A DNA stretch of 64,000 nt, from the NCBI GenBank assembly GCA_965116475.1, contig OZ220691.1, positions 2,464,001-2,528,000 on the forward strand. Direction: 5' to 3'. Numbering within the stretch: the stretch's first letter is position 1; each line of letters starts with the position of its first letter. The DNA is from Gemmatimonadota bacterium (GTDB lineage Bacteria; Gemmatimonadota; Gemmatimonadetes; Palauibacterales; Palauibacteraceae). Of the stretch, positions 8,333 to 21,770 are shown piece by piece. A program made the position numbers and the translations under genes. Under the pieces are notes generated by a model, which saw nothing but the letters and a program-made list of their open reading frames with translations, was not told where the DNA came from and ran no database searches.

Positions 8333-10092
8333 TCTCCCGGACCATTCTCGCCTTCGCCGCAGCGGTTGCGGCGGCGCCCGCAGCCGACATGCGGGAAGTG
8401 ACGATCGCGTCGGAGGGGACGGACACCGAAATCACCGTGGTCGTCGGCGGACCGGCCACGCCCCGCCACATGATGCTGAACAATCCTCCGCGGCTGCTTC
8501 TGGACGTAACGGGCGCGAACCTCGGACCGGTGCGCCGTCGCTACGACCGGATCGACCGCGGCGGAGTTCTCGGCATGCGTTCAACCCAGTTCCGGCCCGA
8601 GACGGCGCGGCTCGTATTCGACCTCGAGCGGGAAACCGCCTACCGCGTGACCGCGGACTCCGGCATGATTCGCGTGACCTTCCAGAACCCCGGCCCGCCT
8701 TTCTCTCCCTGGTCCACGACGGACGTTGCGGGGGCTTCCGAGACGGATGTTCGGGTGGCTTCCGGGCCGTTGCCTGTCGTGCAGGAGACCGAGCCGCGCA
8801 TCTCGGTGGTGTACGACAGTGCCAGCATGCTCGATGTTCTCGCCGGTTTCTCGGAGTTTGCGGACATCTCGGTCGTCCCGAACGGGGAGGTCGCGTCTGT
8901 CGTCGTTCGAGGTGTCGACATCCGCGACCAGTCGTGGGACGTGGCGCTGAACGCGATCCTGTCGGCCCAGAACCTCGGCTGGCACCGGACCGAGAGCGGG
9001 ATCATCGTCGTCGACTGGCTGGAGAACCTGCAGGCGCGGGATCAATTGCTGAGCGAAACGCGCGTGATCCGGGTCAACTACGCGAGGGCCGATTCGGTGG
9101 CGGAAACGCTCCGGCATCTGGCCACGCCCGACCGCGGCCAGGTCGTGTCGTTCTCCGGCAGCAACACCGTCATCGTGACGGACGCACCGTCCGTCGTCGC
9201 GCGGATGGACACGATCATCGCCATGCTGGACCGGCGTCTCCCCCAGGTCGCGATCGAGGCGAAGATCGTGTTCGTGGACCGGACGGACGTACAGCAACTG
9301 GGGATCGTATACGACCTCAAGGACCGGAGCGGCGGCGTCGTGGAACAGGGCCTCAACGACCTCATCGCGGTGCCCGACCCTGACGCGCCGCCTCAACTCG
9401 TCGATGTGGACGGCGATGGGACCGTCGATCAGGGGTTCGTCAGGCGGACGAACGAAACGATCGTGAGTCTGGGAGGTTCGGCGGTCGCCGCGCTGGCGAA
9501 CGCGAATGACCGCCCGATCGGGCCCGCCCTCCAGATCCTGACGGCCGTGGCGTTCGGCGAGTTCTCCCTCTTCTCGTTCCTCGAAGCGCTGGAATCTCAC
9601 CAGTTGTCGGACGTGCAGGCGGCGCCCTCGATCCGGGTCGTGGATCACGCGCACGCAAGAATCCAGGTTGGCGAGCGCACCCCCATACGGGTCCTGGAGC
9701 CGGGAGCCCAGACCGAATCCGCACGCGTCAACGTCGACTTCGAGGACACCGGGATTATTCTCGACGTCGTTCCGCACGTGACGAACAACAACCAGATCCG
9801 GCTGGAGCTGATGGCCGAACGGTCCGGCCTGAAGCTCGGGCTCTCGGATGTGGGCTTCGTGTTCGAGAAACAGATCGGCGAGACGACATTGCTGCTCGAT
9901 GACGGCGAGACCGCCGTGATCGGCGGACTGACACTCAGCGAGGTGACCCGGAGCCGCAGCGGGATTCCCGGGCTGATGAATCTCCCGCTGATCGGAAATC
10001 TGTTTCGGAGTTCCAAGGAGCGGGAGGTGAAGCAGGACCTCATCATCCTCGTCACGCCACACATCATCCATCGCGGGCCCGAGGGACGATAG
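8329..10092 (+). CDS. pilQ: Type IV pilus secretin PilQ (AMIN domain plus secretin)
   Basis: Signal peptide, NPPRLLLD AMIN motif, QVAIEAKIV, DGETAVIGGL, GIPGLMNLPLIGNLF, LIILVTPHI. Confidence 0.93.
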   Translation: MISRTILAFAAAVAAAPAADMREVTIASEGTDTEITVVVGGPATPRHMMLNNPPRLLLDVTGANLGPVRRRYDRIDRGGVLGMRSTQFRPETARLVFDLERETAYRVTADSGMIRVTFQNPGPPFSPWSTTDVAGASETDVRVASGPLPVVQETEPRISVVYDSASMLDVLAGFSEFADISVVPNGEVASVVVRGVDIRDQSWDVALNAILSAQNLGWHRTESGIIVVDWLENLQARDQLLSETRVIRVNYARADSVAETLRHLATPDRGQVVSFSGSNTVIVTDAPSVVARMDTIIAMLDRRLPQVAIEAKIVFVDRTDVQQLGIVYDLKDRSGGVVEQGLNDLIAVPDPDAPPQLVDVDGDGTVDQGFVRRTNETIVSLGGSAVAALANANDRPIGPALQILTAVAFGEFSLFSFLEALESHQLSDVQAAPSIRVVDHAHARIQVGERTPIRVLEPGAQTESARVNVDFEDTGIILDVVPHVTNNNQIRLELMAERSGLKLGLSDVGFVFEKQIGETTLLLDDGETAVIGGLTLSEVTRSRSGIPGLMNLPLIGNLFRSSKEREVKQDLIILVTPHIIHRGPEGR

Positions 10093-10229
10093 GGGCACGG
10101 CAGGTTGCGGGTCCCGCCCTCGGGGCATCCTTTTCCCGCCGTTGGAACGGCCGTTCGACGAAGAGAGATCCACGCGGTGTTTCACGCGGTGAGGCACGAT
10201 GAGGCGCGATGAGGCGCGATGAGGACTGA

Positions 10230-11423
10230 ATGCTGAGATGTCTGAGGTTGACCACGGCGGGCGAAACGCACGGCCCCGCCGTGGTCGCCGTGCTGGAGGG
10301 AATCCCCGCCGGATTGGCGCTCGAGCCCGACGATGTCGCCTGGGAACTCGCGCGCCGGCAGGGCGGGCACGGCCGCGGAGGCCGCATGAAGATCGAGAAG
10401 GATGTGGGCGAGATCTTCGGCGGCGTGCGCCTCGGGGAGACGCTCGGGGCTCCGGTCGCCGTCCGGATTCCCAACCGCGACTTCAGGAACTGGGGCGCGG
10501 CGATGGCGGTCGAGGCGCCGGATGTGGAGGACGACGAACTCCTGCGCCGGGTGTACCTGCCGCGGCCGGGACACGCCGACCTCGCGGGCATGCTCAAGTA
10601 CGGCAGGCAGGACGCGCGCGACATCCTCGAGCGGGCGAGCGCGCGCGAGACGGCCGCGCGCGTCGCCGCCGGGGCCGTCGCCAAGCGGCTGCTGGGCGAG
10701 TTCGGCGTGCGCGTCGAGAGTCACGTGGTGTCGATCGGTCCGGTGGAAGCGCCGCCGCGGCTGCCGCTGCCGGAGGATCTTCTCTCCGTCGCCGACGCCT
10801 CGCCCGTGCGCTGCATCGACCCCGACGCGACGGCCGCGATGGTCGAGGCGATCGATGCGGCCCGCCGCGCCGGCGATTCGCTGGGCGGCGTGTTCGAGGT
10901 CGTCGCGCGCGGCGTGCCCGTGGGCCTCGGGAGCCATGTCACGTGGGAGACCCGCCTCGGCGGGCGCATCGGCGGCGCGATGATGTCGATCCACGCGATG
11001 AAGGGCGTCGAGATCGGGATGGGGTTCGAAGCCGCGCGTCGCCGGGGGTCCGACGTCCACGATGAGATCGAACGGGACCCGGCGCGCCGCGAGAGCGGGG
11101 GCTACAGGCGGCGGCGGAACAACGCGGGCGGCCTCGAAGGCGGTATGACGACGGGAGGCGATATCGTGGCTCGCGTGGCGATGAAGCCGCTCAGTTCGCT
11201 GCGCCGCCCCCTGGACAGCGTGGATACCCGGACCGGAGAGCCGGCCAAGGCGATCCGTGAGCGCAGCGACGTGTGCGCGGTGCCGGCGGCCGGGATCGTC
11301 GGAGAAGCGATGATGGCGCTCGTGCTGGCGGACGCCTGGGTCGAGAAGTTCGGCGGCGACAGCCTCGCCGAGATGCGGTCAAACGTGGAGAGCTACCTCG
11401 CGCGGATCGGGGACGCGGAGTGA
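10230..11423 (+). CDS. aroC: Chorismate synthase
   Basis: TAGETHG, RRQGGHGRGGRM, PRPGHADL, ERASARETAARV, NNAGGLEGG, RSDVCAVPA. Confidence 0.97.
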   Translation: MLRCLRLTTAGETHGPAVVAVLEGIPAGLALEPDDVAWELARRQGGHGRGGRMKIEKDVGEIFGGVRLGETLGAPVAVRIPNRDFRNWGAAMAVEAPDVEDDELLRRVYLPRPGHADLAGMLKYGRQDARDILERASARETAARVAAGAVAKRLLGEFGVRVESHVVSIGPVEAPPRLPLPEDLLSVADASPVRCIDPDATAAMVEAIDAARRAGDSLGGVFEVVARGVPVGLGSHVTWETRLGGRIGGAMMSIHAMKGVEIGMGFEAARRRGSDVHDEIERDPARRESGGYRRRRNNAGGLEGGMTTGGDIVARVAMKPLSSLRRPLDSVDTRTGEPAKAIRERSDVCAVPAAGIVGEAMMALVLADAWVEKFGGDSLAEMRSNVESYLARIGDAE

Positions 11424-11424
11424 C

Positions 11425-11994
11425 GTGGCGAGTATGCCCCGAAGGATCTGGCTCGTCGGTCTCTCCGGGTCGGGGAAGAGCACCATGGGCCCGATCCTCG
11501 CGCGGCGTCTGGGGTATCGGTTCGTCGACCTGGACCGCGAGATCGAAGCGCGGGCCGGCGAGTCGATCTCCCGGATGTTCCGTCGCCGCGGGGAGGGCGA
11601 GTTCCGGAGGCTCGAGGCCGCCGCCGCCGCCCGCGTGGCACGGAAAAAAGACGTGGTCGTCGCGACCGGGGGCGGGTGGATGGCGCGCCGGGACATCGAC
11701 CGCGCGTCCGGCGGCCGGGTGCGCGTCTGGTTGCGCGTGCGCCCCGAGACCGCGATCCATCGCCTCTCCGGGAAGGGCGCCGAGACCCGGCCGCTGCTGG
11801 CCGGACCCGACCCCGCGGCCGCGCTCGCCACGCTGCTCGCGGAGCGGGAGGCCGCCTACGCGGAGGCCGAATTGGCGCTGGAGACGGATGGCCGGGAACC
11901 GGAGGATGTCGTGGAGGTAGCGCTGGAGAGTCTGCGGCGTTTCGCCGCCCGCCAGGTGGCGGACGGACCAACGGAAGGACAACAGGAGAGTTGA
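11425..11994 (+). CDS. aroK: Shikimate kinase
   Basis: GLSGSGKST, FVDLD, GEGEFRRLE, ATGGG, RPLL; start may be ATG 11434. Confidence 0.95.
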   Translation: MASMPRRIWLVGLSGSGKSTMGPILARRLGYRFVDLDREIEARAGESISRMFRRRGEGEFRRLEAAAAARVARKKDVVVATGGGWMARRDIDRASGGRVRVWLRVRPETAIHRLSGKGAETRPLLAGPDPAAALATLLAEREAAYAEAELALETDGREPEDVVEVALESLRRFAARQVADGPTEGQQES

Positions 11995-12004
11995 GAGACC
12001 GCCC

Positions 12005-14560
12005 GTGAATCTCGTCATCGTGGAGTCGCCCGCGAAGGCCCGCACCCTGGAGTCGTATCTCGGGGCCGGCTTCAGCGTAGAGGCATCGGTCGGGCACGTC
12101 CGGGACCTCCCCAGGAGCGGCCTCGGCGTCGACGTCGAAAAGGGGTTCGAGCCGGAGTACGTCACGATCGAGGGGAAGGAACCCGTTCTCCGCAAGCTGC
12201 GGGCGGCGGCGGCGAAGGCGGACTCCATCCTTCTCGCCACGGACCCTGACCGTGAGGGCGAGGCGATCGCCTACCACATCGTGGAGGCCCTGACCGCGCG
12301 GAAGCGGGCGCTGCGGGAACGGTTCCACCGCATCACGTTCAACGAGATCACGAAGAGCGCCGTGCTCGAGGCGCTCAAGGAGCCGGGAGAGATCGATCTC
12401 CCCCGCATCGAGGCCCAGCAGGCGCGCAGGATTCTGGATCGGCTCGTCGGCTACCGGGTCTCGCCGCTCCTGTGGAAGAAGATCAAGCCCGGGCTCTCGG
12501 CGGGCCGCGTGCAGTCGGTCGCCGTCCGCCTGCTCGTGGAGCGCGAACGGGAGCGGCGCGCCTTCCGGAGCGGCGCCTGGTGGCGGCTGCGCGCGCACCT
12601 CGCCGCCGACGGAGGCGCCTTCACGGCCGATCTGGCCGCGCTCGACGGGGTGCCGATCGCGACGGGCCGGGACTTCGACGAGCGCACCGGCGCCCTCAAG
12701 GCCGGCCGCAAGGTCGTCCTGCTGGACCGGGAACGCGCCGAGGCGCTCCGCGCGCGGCTGGCCGACGCGGCCTTCACGGTCGTCAGCCTGCGCGAGAAGC
12801 GTTCGAAGCGAAGCCCGTATCCTCCGTTCACGACCGCGACCCTCCAGCAGGAGGCCAACCGCAAGCTGAACCTCGGGGCCCGGGAGACGATGCGGATCGC
12901 CCAGGCGCTCTACGAGGCCGGCCGCATCACCTACATGAGGACCGATTCCGTCACGCTCTCCGAGGCCGCGATATCGGCGATTCGAAGCCGTGTCGCGACG
13001 CGGTACGGGGAGGAATACCTGAGCCCGGCCCCGCGGCGCTACAAGACGAAGTCCCGCTCGGCGCAGGAGGCCCACGAGGCGATTCGCCCCGCCGGCACCG
13101 ACATGCGGACGGCCGATGAACTCGGACTCACCGGCCGGCAGAAGGCGCTCTACGAACTGATCTGGCGACGCGCGGTCGCGACGCAGATGGCCGATGCCCG
13201 TCTGCGGCACCTGAACGTGCAGGTGGATGCGGAGGAGGCGCGCTTCCGCGCCGCGGGGAAGGTGATCGAGTTCCCCGGCTTCTTCCGCGCCTACGTCGAA
13301 GGCTCCGATGATCCGGACGCGGCGCTGGAGAACCAGGAAACCGTTCTCCCCGACATGCGGGAGGGCCAGGTGCTCGAGAACCGCAAGCTGGAGAGCCGGA
13401 AGCACGAGACGAAGCCGCCCCCCCGCTTCACGGACGCGGCGCTCGTGAAGGAACTGGAGGCGGACGGCATCGGGCGTCCCTCCACGTACGCCGCCATCAT
13501 CTCCACCGTCGTCGATCGAGGGTACGCGGTACGGCAGAACAAGCAACTGGTCCCCACCTTCATCGCCTTCGCGGTGACCGGCCTCCTGGAGGATCACTTC
13601 CCGAACCTCGTCGACACCGGCTTCACCTCCGAGATGGAGGAGGCGCTGGACGACATCGCTCGCGGCAACGTGGACTGGCGCGCCTACCTCGGAGAGTTCT
13701 ACAGCGGGGGAGACGGTCTCGAGGCGCGGCTCGCCGAGCGCGAAGCGGCCATCGACCCGCGCGAGGCTTCGACTGTGCGGCTGCAGGATCTGACGCCCCG
13801 CGTCCGGATCGGCCGCTACGGCCCCTTCCTCGAACTCGAGCGCAACGGCGACCGGCTCACCGCGTCCCTCCCCGACGACGTGGCCCCGGCCGACCTCAGC
13901 GAGGAACAGGCGATCGACCTCCTCCGGAAGCGGGCGGAAGGTCCGGACCGGCTGGGGGAGGACCCCGACTCCGGCGAGACCATCTACCTCATGGAGGGTC
14001 GGTTCGGCCCCTACGTACAGCGAGGCGAGAGGGCGGACGGGAAGAAGCCGAAACGCGCCTCTCTCCCGAAGAACGTGCGGCCGGAGGACGTGTCGCTGGC
14101 GACGGCGCTCAAGCTGCTCGCCATGCCTGCCCCGCTCGGCGCGCACCCGAAGAGCGGCGACCCGGTGAAAGTGGGCATCGGGCGCTACGGGCCGTACGTC
14201 GTCCACCAGTCCGACTACCGCTCGCTGACGGAGAACGACGACCCGCTCGACATCACCTTCGAACGTGCCATGGAGCTGCTCTCCGCGCCCAAGACGCGGG
14301 GCCGCCGGGCGAGCGCCACACCGCTGCGGGAGGTCGGCGCGCACCCGGATGACGGCGAGCCGATCGCCATCTACAAGGGTCGCTACGGTCCCTATGTGAA
14401 ACACGGCAAGACGAACGCTTCGCTGCCCAAGGGAACCGAGCCCGACGACGTCACGCTGGACGTGGCCCTGGATCTGCTGAGGAAGCGAAAGGAGCGCGAC
14501 GCGACCAGGCAGGCGGGCGGGCGGCGCGGCGGCTCCCGCAAGAAGTCGTCGAGAAAATGA
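12005..14560 (+). CDS. topA: DNA topoisomerase I with C-terminal Topo_C repeats
   Basis: [36 protein letters not shown] (catalytic Tyr), GIGRPSTYA, repeated GRYGPY motifs. Confidence 0.98.
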   Translation: MNLVIVESPAKARTLESYLGAGFSVEASVGHVRDLPRSGLGVDVEKGFEPEYVTIEGKEPVLRKLRAAAAKADSILLATDPDREGEAIAYHIVEALTARKRALRERFHRITFNEITKSAVLEALKEPGEIDLPRIEAQQARRILDRLVGYRVSPLLWKKIKPGLSAGRVQSVAVRLLVERERERRAFRSGAWWRLRAHLAADGGAFTADLAALDGVPIATGRDFDERTGALKAGRKVVLLDRERAEALRARLADAAFTVVSLREKRSKRSPYPPFTTATLQQEANRKLNLGARETMRIAQALYEAGRITYMRTDSVTLSEAAISAIRSRVATRYGEEYLSPAPRRYKTKSRSAQEAHEAIRPAGTDMRTADELGLTGRQKALYELIWRRAVATQMADARLRHLNVQVDAEEARFRAAGKVIEFPGFFRAYVEGSDDPDAALENQETVLPDMREGQVLENRKLESRKHETKPPPRFTDAALVKELEADGIGRPSTYAAIISTVVDRGYAVRQNKQLVPTFIAFAVTGLLEDHFPNLVDTGFTSEMEEALDDIARGNVDWRAYLGEFYSGGDGLEARLAEREAAIDPREASTVRLQDLTPRVRIGRYGPFLELERNGDRLTASLPDDVAPADLSEEQAIDLLRKRAEGPDRLGEDPDSGETIYLMEGRFGPYVQRGERADGKKPKRASLPKNVRPEDVSLATALKLLAMPAPLGAHPKSGDPVKVGIGRYGPYVVHQSDYRSLTENDDPLDITFERAMELLSAPKTRGRRASATPLREVGAHPDDGEPIAIYKGRYGPYVKHGKTNASLPKGTEPDDVTLDVALDLLRKRKERDATRQAGGRRGGSRKKSSRK

Positions 14561-15501
14561 CCGAAACGTCCGCGCCCGCCGACGCGCGAGCGCGAGCCAG
14601 GCGCGCATGGGTCGACGACTTCCTTCGCTACGCCCGCGCGGAGCGCCGGCTGTCCCCCAACACCGTGTCCGCGTACCGTCGCGACCTCGGCCAGTTCGAG
14701 GCCTTCGTGAGCGCGTACGAGGGGACGCACGACTGGGGCTGGGCTGACGTACATCGCGTGTCCATCCGTTCCTTCATGGGAGACCTCGAGTCGCGCGGGC
14801 TGAAACGCGCCTCGATCGCCCGCAAGCTCGCCGCCGTGCGCGCCTTCTTCGACTTCCTCCAGCGCACGGACCGTCTGGAGGCCAGCCCGGCCCGGCTCGT
14901 CCGCACCCCCCGCCGGGACCGGACGCTGCCCTCCTTCCTGAGCGAGGACGACGCCCGCGAACTGCTGGACTCCGCCGGCGAGGCGGCGCGGCGCGACGGG
15001 TCCGCGGTGGCGCTCCGGCGCTGGGCCCTCCTCGAGCTGCTGTACTCGTGCGGACTGCGCCTGGCGGAGGTGCAGGGCCTCGACGTGACCGCCGTCGACC
15101 GCCGCACCGGGCAGGTTCGTGCACTCGGCAAGGGCGGGAAGGAGCGCGTGGTCCCTCTCGGGCGGCGCGCCTCGGACGCGCTCGGCGCCTATTTCGGGAA
15201 GCGGGGGGAAAGCGCCTCCCGCGCCGCCTTCCTCTCCGTTCGCGGCACCCGCCTCTCGCGGCGGCAGATCCAGCGCGACGTGACGGCCCAGCTCGCGCGG
15301 GTCGCGGAGGGCGACCGGCTGACCACGCATTCGCTGCGGCACTCCTTCGCGACCCACCTCCTCGATCGCGGGGCGGACCTCGTTTCGGTGAAGGAGATGC
15401 TGGGGCACGCGAGTCTGAGCACGACCCGGATTTACACGCACACATCCGTGGACCGCCTCAAGCGCGTACACTCCCGGGCCCATCCACGCGGAGGCGAATG
15501 A
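14557..15501 (+). CDS. xerC: Tyrosine recombinase XerC
   Basis: [40 protein letters not shown]; classic topA-xerC-hslV-hslU context. Confidence 0.9.
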   Translation: MTETSAPADARARARRAWVDDFLRYARAERRLSPNTVSAYRRDLGQFEAFVSAYEGTHDWGWADVHRVSIRSFMGDLESRGLKRASIARKLAAVRAFFDFLQRTDRLEASPARLVRTPRRDRTLPSFLSEDDARELLDSAGEAARRDGSAVALRRWALLELLYSCGLRLAEVQGLDVTAVDRRTGQVRALGKGGKERVVPLGRRASDALGAYFGKRGESASRAAFLSVRGTRLSRRQIQRDVTAQLARVAEGDRLTTHSLRHSFATHLLDRGADLVSVKEMLGHASLSTTRIYTHTSVDRLKRVHSRAHPRGGE

Positions 15502-16063
15502 AAACCATGATACGAGCCACGACGATCCTCTGCGTCAGAGTCGGAGGGGAAGTCGCGATGGCGGGCGACGGCCAGGTGACCATGGGAGACACCGTCGTCA
15601 AGGCGAAGGCCAGCAAGCTGCGCACGATGCGCGATGGCCGGATCCTGGCGGGCTTCGCCGGCGGCGTCGCCGATGCCCTCACGCTGTTCGAAAAGTTCGA
15701 GGCGCAACTCGAACGCTACCCTCGCCACCTCACCCGCGCGGCGGTGGAACTCGCGAAGGAATGGCGGAGCGACCGCTATCTTCGGCGGCTCGAGGCGCTG
15801 CTGGCCGTCGCCGACCGGGAGACGAGCCTGCTTATCGCCGGCACGGGCGAGGTCATCGAGCCGGACGACGGCATTCTCGCGCTCGGGTCCGGCGGGCCGC
15901 ACGCGCTCGCCGCCGCGCGGGCCCTCGCCCGCCGCACGGATCTGCCTGCAGCGGAGGTGGCCCGGCAGGCCCTCGAGATCGCGGCGGAGATCTGCGTGTA
16001 CACGAACCGGGAGATCACGGTGCTCGAGCTGCCGGGCAGCGGCGACCGAAACGGAAGCGAGCC

Positions 16064-16067
<4 letters not shown>
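15498..16067 (+). CDS. hslV: ATP-dependent protease subunit HslV
   Basis: ATTILCV (N-terminal Thr nucleophile), [31 protein letters not shown]. Confidence 0.96.
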
Positions 16068-17548
<1,481 letters not shown>

Positions 17549-17595
17549 AAACCTGGTAGAAACCTGCAGATAGAGACCCGAGGACTCACGAAGCC

Positions 17596-18509
<914 letters not shown>

Positions 18510-18513
<4 letters not shown>

Positions 18514-20099
18514 AGGACCTGAAAGAGACCCCGCTGTTCGAAGAACACGTCCGGCTGGGCGGGAAGATCGTGCCGTTCGCCGGCTACGCGATGCCCGTTC
18601 AGTATCCGACCGGCATCAGGGCCGAACACCATGCCGTGCGCGAGAAGGCGGGCCTGTTCGACGTCTCCCACATGGGAGAGTTCCGGGTTCGCGGCGCGGA
18701 CGCGCGGGCGTTCGTGGCTTACGCGACGACGAACGACCCCTCGCGCCTGGAGCCGGGAGACGCCCAGTACAGCGCCATGTGTCACGAGACCGGCGGCGTC
18801 ATCGACGACCTCATCGTCTACTGCATGGGCGAGGCCGATTATCGGCTCGTCGTGAATGCGGCCAACATGGCCAAGGACTGGGCGCACCTGGGCGGGCTCA
18901 CGCAGGGGTTCGACGTGGAGATGACGGACGAGAGCGATGAGATCGCCCTCCTCGCCCTCCAGGGTCCGCTGGCGGAAGTGATGCTTGCGCCCCTGACCGA
19001 CCAGCCGCTGGCCGAGATCGAGTACTACCGGTTCGTGCTCGGCGACGTCGCGGGCGCGCCGTGCGTCATCAGCCGGACCGGATACACGGGGGAGATCGGG
19101 TTCGAACTCTACCTGCCGAACGCGTTCGCGGTGCCGACGTGGCGGGCGCTCGTCGCCGCCGGCGCCGTTCCCACGGGCCTGGGCGCCCGCGACTCGCTCC
19201 GGCTCGAGATGGGCTACGCGCTCTACGGCAACGACGTGGACGACGAGACGACCGCGCTCGAGGCCGGGCTCGGGTGGCTCGTGAAGCACGGAAAGGGCGA
19301 CTTCGTGGGTGCGGAGGCCCTCGCCGCGCAGCGCGCCACCGGCCTCACCCGCAAACTGCGCTTCCTGAGACTGCTCGAGCGGGGCTTCCCCCGGCCGGGC
19401 TACGATGTCCGATTCGAGGGGGAAGCCGTCGGCGTCGTCCGCAGCGGCACGGTGAGTCCTTCCATGGGGTACGGGATCGCGACCGCCTACCTGCCGGTCG
19501 CCGCCGGGTTTGGGGACGCGGTCGAAATCATGATCCGGGGGAAGGCGATCGCGGCCGAGGTCGTCCGCCCGCCCTTCTATCCGCGCGGCTCGCTGCACCG
19601 GATCGCGCCGAGGATCGCCGTCATGACCATCTCCGATGCCGTGCACGCCGGAGAGCGCGAGGACGGTTCCGGGGACCTCATCGGGAAGTGGATTCGGGGG
19701 CGTGCCTACTCGCTGTCCGGCGCGGATGTCGTGCCGTGCGAGAGCGACGCGATCGCCCCGCGCCTCCAGCACTGGTGCGACGTACGGGGGGTCGATGTCG
19801 TGCTCACGACCGGCGGTATCGGGCTCGCGGCGCGCGATGTGACGCCCGAGGCGACGCGCACCGTCATCGAGCGCCACGCACCGGGGATCGCCGAGCTGCT
19901 GCGCCGCGCCGGGGCCGAGTCGACACCGTACGCTGCACTCGGTCGCGGGCTGGCGGGAATCCGCGGTGAGACGCTCGTCATCAATCTGCCCGGCAACCCG
20001 GGCGGCGTCTCCGACGGCCTCGCCGCGCTCGAGTCCGTGATCGACCACGCGGTCGATCTGCTGCGCGGCGAGACCGTGCACGCCTCGCCCGGCGGCTGA
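18510..20099 (+). CDS. gcvT: Glycine cleavage T protein fused to a C-terminal MogA/MoaB-family domain
   Basis: GLFDVSHMGE, GGVIDD, ALQGP, SRTGYTGEIGFE, GLGARDSLRLEMG, RPPFY; then in frame TISD, TTGGIG..RDVTPEAT, APGIAE, INLPGNP. Confidence 0.9.
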
Positions 20100-21754
20100 T
20101 GGCGCGCGTCTTCGTCGACGGGCGCGCGGTGGACGCCGCCATCGCCGTTCGGCAGGCCGTGCAGGCGGACGGACACGAGGTCGAGTTCGTGGAGTCCGTG
20201 CGCGAACTCGAGGGGCGGCTGGGCGGCGCGGCCGACGTCGCGCTCGTCCTTACGGGCCCGCCCGGCGAGTCGCGCGCCGCCGCCATGCGCGGACTGTTCG
20301 AGGCGGAGATTCCGCGACCTCCAGTGCTCGGACTGACGGAGGAGGCCCACCCGGACCAGCGGCGGCAACTGGCACGGTCCTTCGATCTCGACGAGGCGCT
20401 CTCCCTTCCCGTCGATCCCGACGAGATCCGCGTGGTCCTGCAGGCGCATCTAGACCGCTACGACCTCCAACGCCAGACGGGGATCATCGGGCGCACCGAG
20501 GCCGTGCGCGAGATTCTCGAGCGGGTGCACCTGATCGCCCCCGTGATGAGCACCGTCCTCCTCACGGGCGAGAGCGGCACCGGAAAGGAACTCGTGGCGC
20601 GCGCCTTCCACCGGCTGTCCCCCCGGCGCGCCAAGGCCTTCATCGCGGTGAACTGCGCCGCCCTCCCGGAATCACTGCTCGAATCCGAACTGTTCGGGCA
20701 CGAGAAGGGCGCCTTCACCGGAGCGACCTCGCTGCGCCGCGGGATGTTCGAACTCGCCGACGGGGGCACGCTCCTCCTCGACGAGATCGCGGAGATGCCG
20801 CTCCCCACCCAGACGCGGCTCCTGAGGGTCCTCGAGAGCCGCCGCTTCATGAGGGTGGGCGGGGACCACGAGATCCAGGTCAGCGTGCGCGTCGTCGCGG
20901 CCACGAACCGCGACCTCAGGCAGGCGGTCGAAACCGGCGAGTTCCGCCGCGACCTGTACTACCGGCTCAACGTCCTCAACGTCCACGTCCCCCCGCTCCG
21001 CGAGCGGCGCCGCGACATCCCCGTCCTCATCCGCCGTTTCATCTCCGAGTTCAGCCGCCAGCACGACCGGGAGTTCCGCGGACTCGCGCCGGAAGCGCTC
21101 CAGATCCTCCTGGACTACGACTGGCCGGGGAACGTCCGCGAACTCCGCAACCTGATCGAATCCATGGTTGTGCTCGCGCCCGGTTCCGTCATCCGTCCGG
21201 AGGACATCCCGCCCGAGATCCGGTCGGGCGGCGTGAGCCTCGTGCCGTCCCCCACGCGCATCGCGCCTCCGGTCGATGCGGGCGCCGGCGCCGTCCCGAG
21301 TTCACCGCAACTCGCGTTCGTCTTCCGCACCCTCGTCGATCTCAAGGTGGACATCGACGATCTCAAGCGGGAGTTCGAGGCCTACCGGCTGGGCGCTCGC
21401 CGACTCCCTCCGGCCCCCTCCCGGCGCGAGGCGGGGGAGGACATCGAGGACGCGATCGAGATCGACATCACCGACGCGACCGACGCGATCGACGCCACCC
21501 CAGCCGGAGTCGCCTCGCCGGCGGGGGACAGTCCCGAGCCGGAGGACAGCTCCGAGCCGGAGGACAGCCCCGTCCCGGAGGATGCGGACACGATCGCGAT
21601 CCGGCCGGGGATGACGATGGACGAGATCGAGCGCGCGGCGATCATCGCGGTGCTCCGCCAGGCCGGGGGCAACCGCCGCAGGGCCGCGGAGGCGCTCGGC
21701 ATCGGCGAACGCACGATCTACCGCAAGATCCGGAAGTACGGCATCGACGACTAG
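20099..21754 (+). CDS. Sigma-54-dependent enhancer-binding protein with atypical receiver-like N-terminus and Fis-type HTH
   Basis: GESGTGKE, ESELFGHEKGAFTGA, LLLDEI, FRRDLYYRL, WPGNVREL, GNRRRAAEALGIGERTIYRK. Confidence 0.93.
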   Translation: MARVFVDGRAVDAAIAVRQAVQADGHEVEFVESVRELEGRLGGAADVALVLTGPPGESRAAAMRGLFEAEIPRPPVLGLTEEAHPDQRRQLARSFDLDEALSLPVDPDEIRVVLQAHLDRYDLQRQTGIIGRTEAVREILERVHLIAPVMSTVLLTGESGTGKELVARAFHRLSPRRAKAFIAVNCAALPESLLESELFGHEKGAFTGATSLRRGMFELADGGTLLLDEIAEMPLPTQTRLLRVLESRRFMRVGGDHEIQVSVRVVAATNRDLRQAVETGEFRRDLYYRLNVLNVHVPPLRERRRDIPVLIRRFISEFSRQHDREFRGLAPEALQILLDYDWPGNVRELRNLIESMVVLAPGSVIRPEDIPPEIRSGGVSLVPSPTRIAPPVDAGAGAVPSSPQLAFVFRTLVDLKVDIDDLKREFEAYRLGARRLPPAPSRREAGEDIEDAIEIDITDATDAIDATPAGVASPAGDSPEPEDSSEPEDSPVPEDADTIAIRPGMTMDEIERAAIIAVLRQAGGNRRRAAEALGIGERTIYRKIRKYGIDD

Positions 21755-21770
21755 CCGCCCGCGGGCCTCG

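Noticed and set aside
10092..10109. Sigma-54 promoter before aroC (GGCACGGCAGGTTGC)
   Set aside because: GG to GC spacing is 11 nt, not the required 10
11393..14608. Very long antisense ORFs (1071 aa opposite topA; also 26774-29653, 47075-49222 and others)
   Set aside because: Shadow frames expected from high-GC codon bias; no recognisable motifs, and they overlap well-supported genes
14557..15501. Tyrosine recombinase as a phage or island integrase
   Set aside because: Length, motifs and the topA-xerC-hslVU context indicate housekeeping XerC; no att-flanked cargo
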